Below are positions 11,750-21,941 of a DNA stretch of 43,779 bases, in pieces. The stretch is from Mayamaea pseudoterrestris. Its lineage: Eukaryota. The notes below the pieces were generated by a model that did no database searches, was not told the origin of the DNA, and saw only the letters and a program-made list of their open reading frames with translations. Positions within the stretch are counted from its first letter, which is position 1; every line of letters begins with the position of its first letter. A program made the position numbers and the translations under genes. The DNA lies in assembly GCA_027923505.1 (NCBI GenBank), contig BROI01000003.1, positions 1,550,001-1,593,779 on the forward strand. The letters run 5' to 3'.

Positions 11750-12631
11750 ATGGGATGCTTCCACTCATTAGCATCCACAACAGCTTTGTTCTCCTTTCTT
11801 AAATATTCTCATGGCCTCGCATCGAATGAATTTGCTTTGTTCGACCGATTCCGAGCAGAGTGCCCTGCCCCTCCCTCATGCCTCCACTCATTTGATCCGT
11901 CCTTGACTCATCATGCTAACGATGCTAGCCACGAGGACCACATCTGGTGCGCTGTCTATCGATCCTGCAACAATGCACCTTCTGTCATGGTACGCGACGA
12001 ATTTCTCCATGCCATGAGATCAGCGACGAATACTGTCAATCCTACTGCCTTACCCGTGGAAAGCATGTCCTCATTTGAACCACAACTTGCACCACTGCAA
12101 AACCAGCAGTCTCCAGTAGCAATAGCACGCATAAAACCTTCACAAGACTTTCCAGGCTCATGGGTACTAGATACGATGCGATGCGTCTTGAGGAAAGAGA
12201 CGCAAGACTCAACGTGCGACGGTGGCTCGGAACACACTGAGGCAATATCAGTTGCCATTGATGCTTTGCTTGAGTATCACTTGTCGAAACACAGTGAGGA
12301 TGAACGCATTGAAAAGTTTGCTATACGAACGAAAGCGACTCTTGTATCAAGCAAGGTTTTGGAAGACAGAGGTTTCGTCGAGGTTGATCGACTGGAAAGG
12401 GACATGGCCACTCATGTTTCCAATGTTGACGCTTGCCTGGAGCGATACGCGGAACGATCCGTCACAACAAGCGCCAAGAGTTCAGGAGCAAGACAGCGAG
12501 CGCTGAAAATTGTATCATTGTTGGGCCGACTGGAGCAGACTAAAGCCCAACAACAAGCAGAAACGTATGGAGACGAGACAGACTCAGACGATTATGATCC
12601 CTGGGCTAGTTTTAGGCAATTGAATAGCTAA
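11750..12631 (+). CDS. Hypothetical protein with possible N-terminal targeting peptide
   Basis: About 293-codon ORF from ATG 11750 with protein-like composition; no family recognised. Confidence 0.7.
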   Translation: MGCFHSLASTTALFSFLKYSHGLASNEFALFDRFRAECPAPPSCLHSFDPSLTHHANDASHEDHIWCAVYRSCNNAPSVMVRDEFLHAMRSATNTVNPTALPVESMSSFEPQLAPLQNQQSPVAIARIKPSQDFPGSWVLDTMRCVLRKETQDSTCDGGSEHTEAISVAIDALLEYHLSKHSEDERIEKFAIRTKATLVSSKVLEDRGFVEVDRLERDMATHVSNVDACLERYAERSVTTSAKSSGARQRALKIVSLLGRLEQTKAQQQAETYGDETDSDDYDPWASFRQLNS

Positions 12632-13632
12632 TTGATCAACATTTTAAGTAGCAAATGAAGCTTAACTCAAGATTCATCGTATTGTAATGTATGAAGCATG
12701 CGATGGAGCGATGGGCGTTGGAGTCAGTTGGCCAACCAATGTCAAGCTAGCCGTCAAGAGAGTGCGCTTTCTAACGGAACGTACAATAGAATAATGGGTT
12801 AGAGCATGAATAAGACTTGTGTCCTCACATGAATCATCCAGGAATGATACAATTTGCATTCTCAGCGTATAGAATGAGGAGCTCTGGACAGAATTCTTGT
12901 CGCAAGGTGAAATAAAAAGGTGGAGTCGAGTCGTAGACAGTTCGACGAGACTCCGCAGCCCCTTGCATCTTAAAATAGGCCGTGGAAAAAACTCACCTTT
13001 AAGCGTGTGCCCGCGTCGGCTTCAAACTATTGCTTCCCACACGCCAAAGTCTACGCAAGTCATCAATGAGCGAGCGGCCTGCCATCCTGCAATGGCCCAT
13101 CAAGGCAATGTGAGAACAAACAAAAAGTCTGCATTCAATGAATGTATCCGTTCTTCTATACCTCGCCCCGCTGTCAATACAGAGAGAGGCTCAAACGACG
13201 GATTTAGTTCATATAGCAAGGATAATAAAAAAGGAGGTGCAAAGTCGTAACAACGTTTCGTCTTGGCACCGCTGCGCCTTGCGGGAGGTTAAGCGACCTG
13301 AGATTCACTCGGAACGTCAACCAAAAGCAATAACTTTGCACTTACCCCAAGTCAGACATCATTAAACCATTCTTAGAGTAGGTCGTCGACCAAACGCTTC
13401 TGCCATGTTCAATGGAACGACGATGTACGGTACCGGTACGAGTATGATGTGTGAATGAGCAATGTGACAGTGAATGAGCAATGTGTGGCTGTGACGCAAT
13501 CGTAAGCGCAAATGAAAAGACATTTTGTTGCGACACGCACTCCACGCGAAAGATCGAGGTCGGCACAACATTTTGCAGGTTCTCTCACTTTAAAGTCACT
13601 TCTACCTCTAGAACGACACTCATAATTGGACT

Positions 13633-16530
13633 ATGCAAACTGATAGCACTAACAACGATAATATGAAATCCGAGTCGTCGCAGATTGACGACAGCGTTGA
13701 CAAAGACTTGCCCAAGGTTCACATGCTGGCTTTCGTTGACGCATCAGCTTCGGTGGCAGGCAGCGACAAAGCGTTCCTTGACCTTTTGCCTGGTGAAAAT
13801 TGGCTCATTCTTCGCGTCAACGCCAAAGACAACTTGGCGAAGAGTCCTTGCATTCATAATACGCAACAATTTGCTGGAATAATTCCTGAAGATTCGCCCA
13901 ACAATTTTGCTTTCATGACACTGGATATTGACGGACAGTTCGCTGCCATCAAGGACCTGCGATTGGACGATAATAACCATGACAATGAAACTGAGGTTTT
14001 TATTGAGCGATCGAAGAAGGCGGGCACAGAAAATGGTCCATCTATGGAAAAGCTTGAGCGACGGCGGCTGGTTCACTTGTTCCACAAGGATCGTTTGATG
14101 ATTCGAATAAATTCCGACGCTTCCGACCATACAATGGTGCTTGAGTACCGCCATGATTTTGCCATTCGAATGGCTAGTCTAGCAGATATTTCTTCGGCGC
14201 CCTCGACGGAGCAGACGCTAGCGCCGGAACCATTTTTCACTGCCAGGGAGATCGAAAATAATTCGGATCCTGTTGATTCTGTTCCGGACAATGGTGCGAA
14301 ACCTTCTTTGTTGAATAAGATGAAATCAATAGCAGACCAACTTGTCACGCAACCTGAGTATATGAGCGATAAGGATATCGACATGACAGAGCCGCAAGTG
14401 CAGTCGGGGACCGACGAACTACTGATGTCGCAGCCTGGCAACGACAATAATCAGCCTTATCCAGCTGAACACGACGACGAGGAAGCTCCGCAACCAGAGC
14501 AAAGTTTGTCCGACGAGGAAACAGTTGACCCAGACGAGGAAGCAAAGCCAGAACTACTGACCGATACTGAAAATATGCAAGTCGATGATGCCGCCAAGCC
14601 ACCGGAAAGTGAAGCAACATACTTGCTATCTCCTCCGCCCGACACCATGGGAGATACAGAACCCATAAATCCTCCAACTAAAGAAATTCGAACAGATGAC
14701 GAGCGATTGTCCTTTGTTGGCGAAGACGACGAGGATGACCTGTCCAACAAGTCTGACTCTGCGGGTCAACAAGCCTCCAAGAGATCATCGTGGAGCAAGT
14801 CGTTGTCCAATCGGCGGACGGCCAATAGAGGTTTGACTGCGGCGAAGAATCCATCAACCTTTACTACTCCAGCAGCGACTTTGGAAGAGTCTGACGCGGA
14901 AGCCGACGATGATGAGACTCGCCGAAACAAAGCAATTGGCTCATTCCTGGGCGTGGAGGTCGTGGCAGCGCAGGGAGAATCGAAACGAAAAAACTTAAAG
15001 GCAGCAAAGGGCAAACCCGAAGAAGCAAAGACAAATGCCGGTAAAGGAAGTGATTCCAAGACCAAACCTGTCATTCCGCTTATTAACGCAATGATTGGAG
15101 CAACGAGAGCTAACACGTCTCCTGTTTCTCCCACTCGCCAAGCTCCTACGTTCGACTACGAGGGCGGTACGTCATTTGACGAAGGTGATGCTACTTTGAC
15201 AACCTTGCGAGTTGATGTCAATTCAAATGATGATCACGACGAACAATCCAATGCGGGAAGGTTTTACGCCGATAATACTTTCGCGCAATCGCCGTCCGAC
15301 GAACACAACGGAGCACTTGAGCCAGAACTCTCAGTCGACATGACAGTTGATGCGACAAACATAGGAGAAGGAAACGCGAAACATGATACCAAGCTGGCGG
15401 ACGATGTAAAGGCTGTTAATTCTGATGCTGAAACGACTACTAAACCGTCGTCGCGTTCACACCTCAGCAAGTCAAAGGCAAAGTCGTCGACACGAGAGAC
15501 GAAGAAGTCGGCTAGAGTTACGTCTGGTTCAACTACCCGAAGGCCAGCGCGCAAGACGTGTGCCAGTTTTGCTCGGACAGCGGAAACGAGCACCAAAGAC
15601 GTCGCCGTCAACGAAAGCGACGGCGAAATGTCGTTTGATACGAGCAAAACAGTGTCGAAGGCAGCCTTGTCGCCGTCTGCCGGCAGCTCAAGACCCAAGC
15701 GAAAGCGGCAGGACAAAGGAGCAGGTACTGTTGCTGCAACTTCGCCACTAACCCGATTGACGAACAAGAAAATGAAGACGGACGAGCATGATATAAAAGA
15801 AGTTCGTATTATTGCCACGAAAGTGCAATTGACCAACAAGCAGCTGAAAGTAAGTTTTGCAAGCATAAGTGGAAGTATTTGGCACAGCTTGACGTCTTTC
15901 TTACTTTTCGATGATTTGAAACAGATGATTGATAAGATTCCCGGTGCAAGCTGGATAACTGAAACGGAACATGCGCACGAGGCCACCCATGTAATTGCCA
16001 GCGATGGCAAGCAGCAGTTGAAGCGTACGCCCAAGCTAATGATTGCTTTGAATAAGACGCCAAACATTGTTACTCTTGATTGGTTCACGGAATGTGCGAA
16101 GAAGGGGGCTGTGTTACCGTGTGATACATTTTTAGTGAACGATAAGCGTGCAGAAAAAGAGTACGATTTTGTAATGAATGAGACTCTTGATCGTATAACA
16201 GAGCATCTCGAGAATGGGATTGCCGTATTAACCGGCAAGCATGTTTACGTATGCAAGGGAGTTGCGGGAAACAAGGCCCCCAAAGAGGACGAGTTCAAGT
16301 GCATTGTCGAAGCTGCTGGGGGCGAATGGCTGCCGAACCTCAAGACTCGCTCAGGTATACAGAAGGAAGATGTAATCATTATAACTAACTGCGACTCTAC
16401 CGAGGAAGCAAAACAAACCAAAGTAACTGCTGTGGCCAGTGCCATCAGGCAAGGTGCTCAGCAGAAGACTACGTCATGGTTATTTAAAACGATGATGACA
16501 CAGCATCTCGACATCGATTCGAGTGCATAA
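13633..16530 (+). CDS. Tandem-BRCT protein (MDC1/PTIP-like C-terminus); probable intron 15850-15924
   Basis: Long acidic disordered region, then ATHVIA..KRTPKLMIAL..IVTLDWF and IVEAAGGEWL..SWLF BRCT repeats. Confidence 0.85.
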   Translation: MQTDSTNNDNMKSESSQIDDSVDKDLPKVHMLAFVDASASVAGSDKAFLDLLPGENWLILRVNAKDNLAKSPCIHNTQQFAGIIPEDSPNNFAFMTLDIDGQFAAIKDLRLDDNNHDNETEVFIERSKKAGTENGPSMEKLERRRLVHLFHKDRLMIRINSDASDHTMVLEYRHDFAIRMASLADISSAPSTEQTLAPEPFFTAREIENNSDPVDSVPDNGAKPSLLNKMKSIADQLVTQPEYMSDKDIDMTEPQVQSGTDELLMSQPGNDNNQPYPAEHDDEEAPQPEQSLSDEETVDPDEEAKPELLTDTENMQVDDAAKPPESEATYLLSPPPDTMGDTEPINPPTKEIRTDDERLSFVGEDDEDDLSNKSDSAGQQASKRSSWSKSLSNRRTANRGLTAAKNPSTFTTPAATLEESDAEADDDETRRNKAIGSFLGVEVVAAQGESKRKNLKAAKGKPEEAKTNAGKGSDSKTKPVIPLINAMIGATRANTSPVSPTRQAPTFDYEGGTSFDEGDATLTTLRVDVNSNDDHDEQSNAGRFYADNTFAQSPSDEHNGALEPELSVDMTVDATNIGEGNAKHDTKLADDVKAVNSDAETTTKPSSRSHLSKSKAKSSTRETKKSARVTSGSTTRRPARKTCASFARTAETSTKDVAVNESDGEMSFDTSKTVSKAALSPSAGSSRPKRKRQDKGAGTVAATSPLTRLTNKKMKTDEHDIKEVRIIATKVQLTNKQLKVSFASISGSIWHSLTSFLLFDDLKQMIDKIPGASWITETEHAHEATHVIASDGKQQLKRTPKLMIALNKTPNIVTLDWFTECAKKGAVLPCDTFLVNDKRAEKEYDFVMNETLDRITEHLENGIAVLTGKHVYVCKGVAGNKAPKEDEFKCIVEAAGGEWLPNLKTRSGIQKEDVIIITNCDSTEEAKQTKVTAVASAIRQGAQQKTTSWLFKTMMTQHLDIDSSA

Positions 16531-16708
16531 GTCTGCAAAGGAAAAGAACAGGAACAATACGAACGCTTAACAGTAAAGAAAAGAGAACGGATTTAACCTT
16601 AACTGAAACAATTTTTAGATGCAACGCCTCCAAAAGTAGCAATGATCAGATCATGCCTGAACACTAGCGATCAATCAAACTTGCAATCTCTGTGACAGGG
16701 CAGAACCA

Positions 16709-18110
16709 TTACCAATCAATGGTTGATTGCGTTATCATGTACATGGCAACGGCGCACCACACGCCATGGACGGGCCGACTCCGTGTCATATTCGCAAGCA
16801 CACCGCTGGCCGCCAAGAGGCACAATTTGCCGTGCGACGCAAACATATCAAAGGCAAGGGGAATAGCCGAAAATGTTAAATAAATCTGAATCAGATACAG
16901 CGAGAAGGTAAATTTGGGCGGAAGGATCTTTTTGAATCGGAGAGTATGGAGAAAAATGGCCAATGAGACAGTTCCAACATTGAGCAAAAACATGCCATGC
17001 ACCAAGTGCCATTGCTTGTCGGTAACTTTGTCCATGAATACCAGAAAGTTGATATAGAAGCCTAGGAAGTACTTGGCCCACAGGAAAAATATTTTGACCA
17101 AGTAGGTTCCAATCTCATACCATCGTTCATTTTCAGTGGTTCGTCCGCTACGTCCCTTTCCTGCGTTGGAAAATCGAGTGATTGGAAACCAAGGACGCAC
17201 CAAGATGTAAGGCCAAAACACATAGATTAACTCAACAATGTGTCCGACCGGGTGGGCCTTGAGTTTGTGGCGATGGAGTGGGTTATAAAAGACGCTCCCG
17301 AAAACGCAGTAGAGGGCAAAGAAGATGTTTTCGTGGACGAAGCTTCGTGACATGACAGCCTTGTCCGAGTAGTACCCTGGATCTTCAAGCTCTGGGAGAA
17401 CCTTGAAGCTAAAGTAAGCCGATGTACTCTGAATGACGCCTAATTGGAAACGTTTGAATCGATGAGAGCAATGAAATTGATGCGCATCAGCAACCGTCGC
17501 TTATCGTACCGTTCAAAGCAACTGCGTGAGGAATATAGGACGCTCCAGCAATGCCATCCTTTCCCGCATAATTTGTTAAAAACTCGACCCAAGCAAGGGA
17601 GTACTGCACGAGAAAGAACAGACCCATGTATCTGTGACCTTTGTGCTTGCGCGCCTTTGGTAGCGTCCACAATCCCGCTCTTGCTGGCGCGATAATAAAG
17701 ACGTAAGCGAGCGAGAAGACACACGCAAGAACAAAGAGTGTCTGTCCAAACTGCTTTATATCGGTTGGATTTGCGAGTGTCTGGTAAGCATTGACAACAA
17801 GATCGCCGCTGGCTTTGGCGGAATCAGTGTAGGATCGAAGCAACGAACGAACAGTGTCCATGGTCCACATCCCCGAGCAATACTGCAGCAGCAACGTTGA
17901 AGACACTGAAACATAGAACGAGTATGGAATCCTTGATCGTTCTTTCAGCGAGAGAGTCTTTCTTTGCGCTGTTGGCTTGTCTGCATCCGACAAGCTAGGA
18001 TCGGAAGCAGAGCGCAAAACTGAGCTCGGAGGCGTTGACGAATCGCTCGACAAGTCACTGTCGCTCTTCTTCACCACATTTCTCTGACGAAGAGTGCTGT
18101 CGTTCATCAT
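16709..18110 (-). CDS. Multi-pass membrane protein of unknown function, two exons (18110-17510 and 17439-16709)
   Basis: 70-nt intron GTACG..TTAG at 17509-17440 joins track ORFs 17487..18275 and 16709..17353 in frame (..ALN-G-VIQSTSAYFSFKVLP..); many hydrophobic spans. Confidence 0.8.
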
Positions 18111-18270
18111 GCCAATGTCTTGATTCAGAATAATCTGCGTTCCAATAGGCACACAACCTATGGTAGCTCGGCGTGATGATGCGAAAATGAATGAGCGGAG
18201 CGCCTGCTGCCAATGGAGTGACGCGGAACGACCGCGACGGCGCGCCAGACTGCCCTGCACTACGTCATGA

Positions 18271-18578
18271 GGCAATACTACGAAACGAGTGCCAGTGAAA
18301 ACTGCGTCAGAAGGCTATAGTATGAAACGAATGCCAGTGAAAACTGCGTCAGAAGGCAATAGTGTGAAACGAGTGCCAGTGAAAACTGCGTCATAGGGCA
18401 ATACAATGAAACGAGTGCCAGTGAAAACTCCATTTCGAGTGTCTGCGTCATGAGGCAATAATACGAAACAAGTGCCAGTGAAAACTACGTCATAAGGCAA
18501 TAATACGAAACGAGTGCCAGTGAAAACTGCGTCATAAGGCAATAATAAGAAACGATTGCCAGTGAAAACTGCGTCATT
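18271..18578. repeat. Tandem array of 7 x 42-bp units in the divergent promoter upstream of PRK
   Basis: Consensus GGCAATAATACGAAACGAGTGCCAGTGAAAACTGCGTCATAA at 18271, 18313, 18355, 18397 (15-nt insertion), 18454, 18496, 18538. Confidence 0.95.
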
Positions 18579-18761
18579 CTTTCCCGAGCCCGGCGACGAA
18601 ATATCGCATTCGCCGGTCAATTGCCACCGCCCACCGCGGACACGTCCTCCCTTTTTTGGCAAACGACGATGCAGGGACCTGACGTACTTCCTCAACACAA
18701 CGCTACAACACCTTCACAATCTTCTATCATTCCGTCGTCGACCACACATACATTGCCGACC

Positions 18762-19970
18762 ATGAAGTTTGTTGCTGGAGTTACCGCCCTTGTCCTGGCA
18801 TCCGCCAGCGCTTTCACACCGTCGGCCTTTGTGCCATCGAATCTCCGATCGTCAACTTCAAGTTCGTCGTCGTTGAACATGGCTCTCAAGGCAGGTCAGA
18901 CCCCGATTGTCATCGGCGTTGCTGCTGACAGTGGATGCGGAAAGTCTACCTTCATGCGTCGTCTCACCAACATCTTTGGAGGAGACGTCGTTGGTCCTCT
19001 CGGCGGAGGATTTGGCGCTCCAGGCGGCTGGGAGACAAACACACTCGTTTCGGATCTCACCACTGTCATTTGCCTCGACGACTACCATTCAAATGACCGC
19101 GAAGGACGCAAGGTCACCAAGCGCACTGCGCTTGACCCGCTTGAGAACAACTTTGATCTCATGTACGAACAAATCAAGGCACTCAAGGCAGGAAAGACGG
19201 TCGAAAAGCCCATCTACAACCACGTTAACGGAACCCTAGACACACCCGAGAAAATTGAACCTACTCCTATCATCATCTTTGAAGGTCTCCATCCCATGCA
19301 CGACGAGCGCGTCCGTGAGCTTCTTGACTTCACCCTTTACCTTGACATTTCTCCGGACGTCAAGCTCAACTGGAAGATCCAACGCGACATGGAGGAGCGC
19401 GGACACTCCCTCGAGTCCATCCTTGCTTCCATTGAGGCCCGCAAGCCAGACTTTGATGCCTACATTGACCCACAGAAGAAGGATGCCGACATGATCATTG
19501 AAGTGCTTCCCACACAGCTCGATAAGGAGGACAAGAAGACCCTTCGCGTCCGATGCATCCAAAAGCAGGGTGTTCCCGACTTTAACCCCTGCTTCCTCTT
19601 TGACCAGGGCTCCAAGATTGAATGGACCCCGGCTCCCACCAAGCTCGCTAGCTCGGGACCCGGAATTAAGCTTGCCTACTACGAGGAAGACTACTTTGGA
19701 TCTGACTGCGAGGTTGTGGAAATGGACGGAACCTTTGACAACATCCAAGAGTTGGTGTACGTTGAGTCGGCCTTGAGTGCCACCAAAACCAAGTTCTACG
19801 GAGAACTTACTCAGGCCATGTTGGCTCTCGCCGAGGCCCCGGGCAGCAACAATGGAACCGGTCTGATGCAAACGTTGGCCGCGTTCGCCATTCGGGAATT
19901 GTACGAAAAGCGAAGTGCCGCCGCCAAGAAGGCTGGTGCAACTAGCCCTGTCGCCGCTGCTGCTGCGTAA
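18762..19970 (+). CDS. PRK: Phosphoribulokinase, plastid-targeted
   Basis: Signal peptide plus ASA-FTP motif; P-loop AADSGCGKST, ICLDDYH, KIQRDMEERGH. 44 residues between the two regulatory Cys versus 38 in spinach, the lengthened loop known from diatoms. Confidence 0.97.
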   Translation: MKFVAGVTALVLASASAFTPSAFVPSNLRSSTSSSSSLNMALKAGQTPIVIGVAADSGCGKSTFMRRLTNIFGGDVVGPLGGGFGAPGGWETNTLVSDLTTVICLDDYHSNDREGRKVTKRTALDPLENNFDLMYEQIKALKAGKTVEKPIYNHVNGTLDTPEKIEPTPIIIFEGLHPMHDERVRELLDFTLYLDISPDVKLNWKIQRDMEERGHSLESILASIEARKPDFDAYIDPQKKDADMIIEVLPTQLDKEDKKTLRVRCIQKQGVPDFNPCFLFDQGSKIEWTPAPTKLASSGPGIKLAYYEEDYFGSDCEVVEMDGTFDNIQELVYVESALSATKTKFYGELTQAMLALAEAPGSNNGTGLMQTLAAFAIRELYEKRSAAAKKAGATSPVAAAAA

Positions 19971-20233
19971 ATGTGACCGTGCGAATTGGTCAATAATGTA
20001 GATTACTAACAACATAGTGAAACTGGTTGAATATCATCAGATTGATAGATGATAGGCTCGACTACCTATATACTGGTCGGTTGATGCGTAGGTAGCTACT
20101 TTTGTGGCACGACTCTCACCAAAAAGTTGTTGCGGTGCGACACATAATGCAAAGGTAGTGCGACTCGCTCGTTTCTGTCGACCATGGCGCCCCCATTGCT
20201 TCGCCACGCGTTACTTGACCAAGCGTCGACCCG

Positions 20234-21898
20234 ATGCCAATGATTACTACGAGGATGGCTCGAATACAATTTGCACTAGTCATTCTACTGTGTCTTTTAG
20301 TGACGACAGTTGAGGGGCTGCATAGAATACCTCCAGCAAACGTGCAAAATACGATTGTTTCACGAACGAACCGGCCGCCATCAAACTTAGCTTTGTGTCA
20401 ACTACTTCATGTTCGAGGTGGATCAGGCGACGAAGCAGACGCGTCCGAAAGTGACGATGAATCAGAATCTGATAGTGACAATGACGATAGCTTCCTGCCG
20501 GAGCGTCTGTTCAGCGAGCAGACGACAAGCACATTGCTAAGCGCCGGCAAAACCACTGTTTCTTTCGTCGGCAAACTCCTAATGTCAACAATCAGCGCAG
20601 CATCTCGAGCAGTTGCGGCGGCATTTCAAACGGATCAAGATTTTGCTGGTGAAGACAAAGAGATGTCACTTATGACCAAAATGACGCGCGTTGTGAGGCG
20701 AATGGTACATGCAGCGTTTCATTCGGGCGACGAGAGCTCCAAGGCGGGTGCAATGCCGGTACGAGAAGCAAGTGGAAACAAAGAAGTGGTAGGACAAGAT
20801 GTACCTGCACGTAACGAATGGTCGAAGCCCAGCACACCATCGAGGGACGACCTGAGCCAGGCGAAGACGCAAATGCTAGACTTTGGAAACTACTTGTCGA
20901 AAGCATACGGAGTGGAAGCTACCCGAACCAACATTGCCGATAGTGATCAAGTCATGCCGGTGCTTGGCGGAACGATCACGGATGCGTTGCGTATAGCTCG
21001 CTCTAAAGCCCGCCTTTTGGTGGTCATGATCCCTTCATCTAAACCTGGCAGTAAGGCGCATGCACCTGACGTTGAAGCTATCAAAAGTTTATTGAGTGCC
21101 GCCGTAGCGACTGTAGCCGAGAGAAAGGCTCGAAAGTCGGGACAGACCGGTTCCTATGTCATTTGGGGTGCCAAGGCTGGGTCTGCCGAAGCTGTGGCAG
21201 CACTGAAACGTATCAAGGCGACATCAAATAATTCCAAGGGACAAAAGCGACCAATATTGGCGGTGGTGTATCCGGCCCAGATCATGGGAAGTGACGGCAT
21301 GCCAAAAACTGTACCACGGTTGCTGGCACAGCATCATTGTAGCCCACCTCCAGCCGCTGAAACAATGGCAGCTTGGCTCAATGCTTTGCGAAAGCGGCAC
21401 GCGAAACAGTATGCTACCATGCAATTGGAATTGCAAGAGGTGGAGCTCCATCGAGAACGAACAGAAGGCTACAAGGACAGCATCCAAAGTGATCGAGACC
21501 GAGAGCAGCGCGAAGTTCGCGAAGCAGAGGAGCGAAGACGGAAAGAAGAAGCGGATAGGGATCGCCTAGAAGCCATTCTACAAAGACGCAAAGATCTTCG
21601 ACAAGCAATGCCCGACGAGCCAACAGCTGACGACTCTACGGCTTTGACGATAGCTTTGCGTCTAGCAGACGGACGGACAGGTCAGCGAAGGTTTGCGGCT
21701 GACACCAATTTTGCAACTTTGTTCAATTGGGTTGACGCCGAGTTTGATATTGAACGAGAGAATGTAGAGCTGACGACACTAAATGGCCAGCGCTCATTTG
21801 ATTGGAACGCAAGTGACGTAGCGCTTAGTGAGACTGGGTTTAGTCGAATGACAGCGCTCCGAGTGACCGAGAAGAAGCGCACACCGACAGACAATTAA
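20234..21898 (+). CDS. UAS/UBX-domain protein (FAF2-like) with signal peptide
   Basis: Hydrophobic leader IQFALVILLCLLVTTVEG; coiled coil ..YKDSIQSDRDREQ..; UBX-like IALRLADGRTGQRRF..LFNWVD. Confidence 0.82.
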   Translation: MPMITTRMARIQFALVILLCLLVTTVEGLHRIPPANVQNTIVSRTNRPPSNLALCQLLHVRGGSGDEADASESDDESESDSDNDDSFLPERLFSEQTTSTLLSAGKTTVSFVGKLLMSTISAASRAVAAAFQTDQDFAGEDKEMSLMTKMTRVVRRMVHAAFHSGDESSKAGAMPVREASGNKEVVGQDVPARNEWSKPSTPSRDDLSQAKTQMLDFGNYLSKAYGVEATRTNIADSDQVMPVLGGTITDALRIARSKARLLVVMIPSSKPGSKAHAPDVEAIKSLLSAAVATVAERKARKSGQTGSYVIWGAKAGSAEAVAALKRIKATSNNSKGQKRPILAVVYPAQIMGSDGMPKTVPRLLAQHHCSPPPAAETMAAWLNALRKRHAKQYATMQLELQEVELHRERTEGYKDSIQSDRDREQREVREAEERRRKEEADRDRLEAILQRRKDLRQAMPDEPTADDSTALTIALRLADGRTGQRRFAADTNFATLFNWVDAEFDIERENVELTTLNGQRSFDWNASDVALSETGFSRMTALRVTEKKRTPTDN

Positions 21899-21941
21899 TG
21901 TTGATGCCTAGCGTTTAAAATTTGTTGTATGTATCTTTACG

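Noticed and set aside
13451..13485. Direct repeat GTGAATGAGCAATGTG x2 upstream of the BRCT gene
   Set aside because: Only two short copies; consistent with a simple local duplication, with no evidence of function.
12632..13632. Gene or ncRNA in the 1-kb intergenic gap
   Set aside because: Only short ORFs without motifs; no tRNA or other structured RNA recognised.
15264..16238. 324-aa antisense ORF over the BRCT gene (also 37298..38149 over the ankyrin gene)
   Set aside because: Fully overlaps a well-supported gene on the opposite strand; no recognisable motifs.
18271..18578. CRISPR array
   Set aside because: Units are head-to-tail with no unique spacers; no cas genes; eukaryotic context.
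19236..20015. 259-aa antisense ORF over PRK
   Set aside because: Shadow of strong codon bias in PRK; no recognisable motifs.
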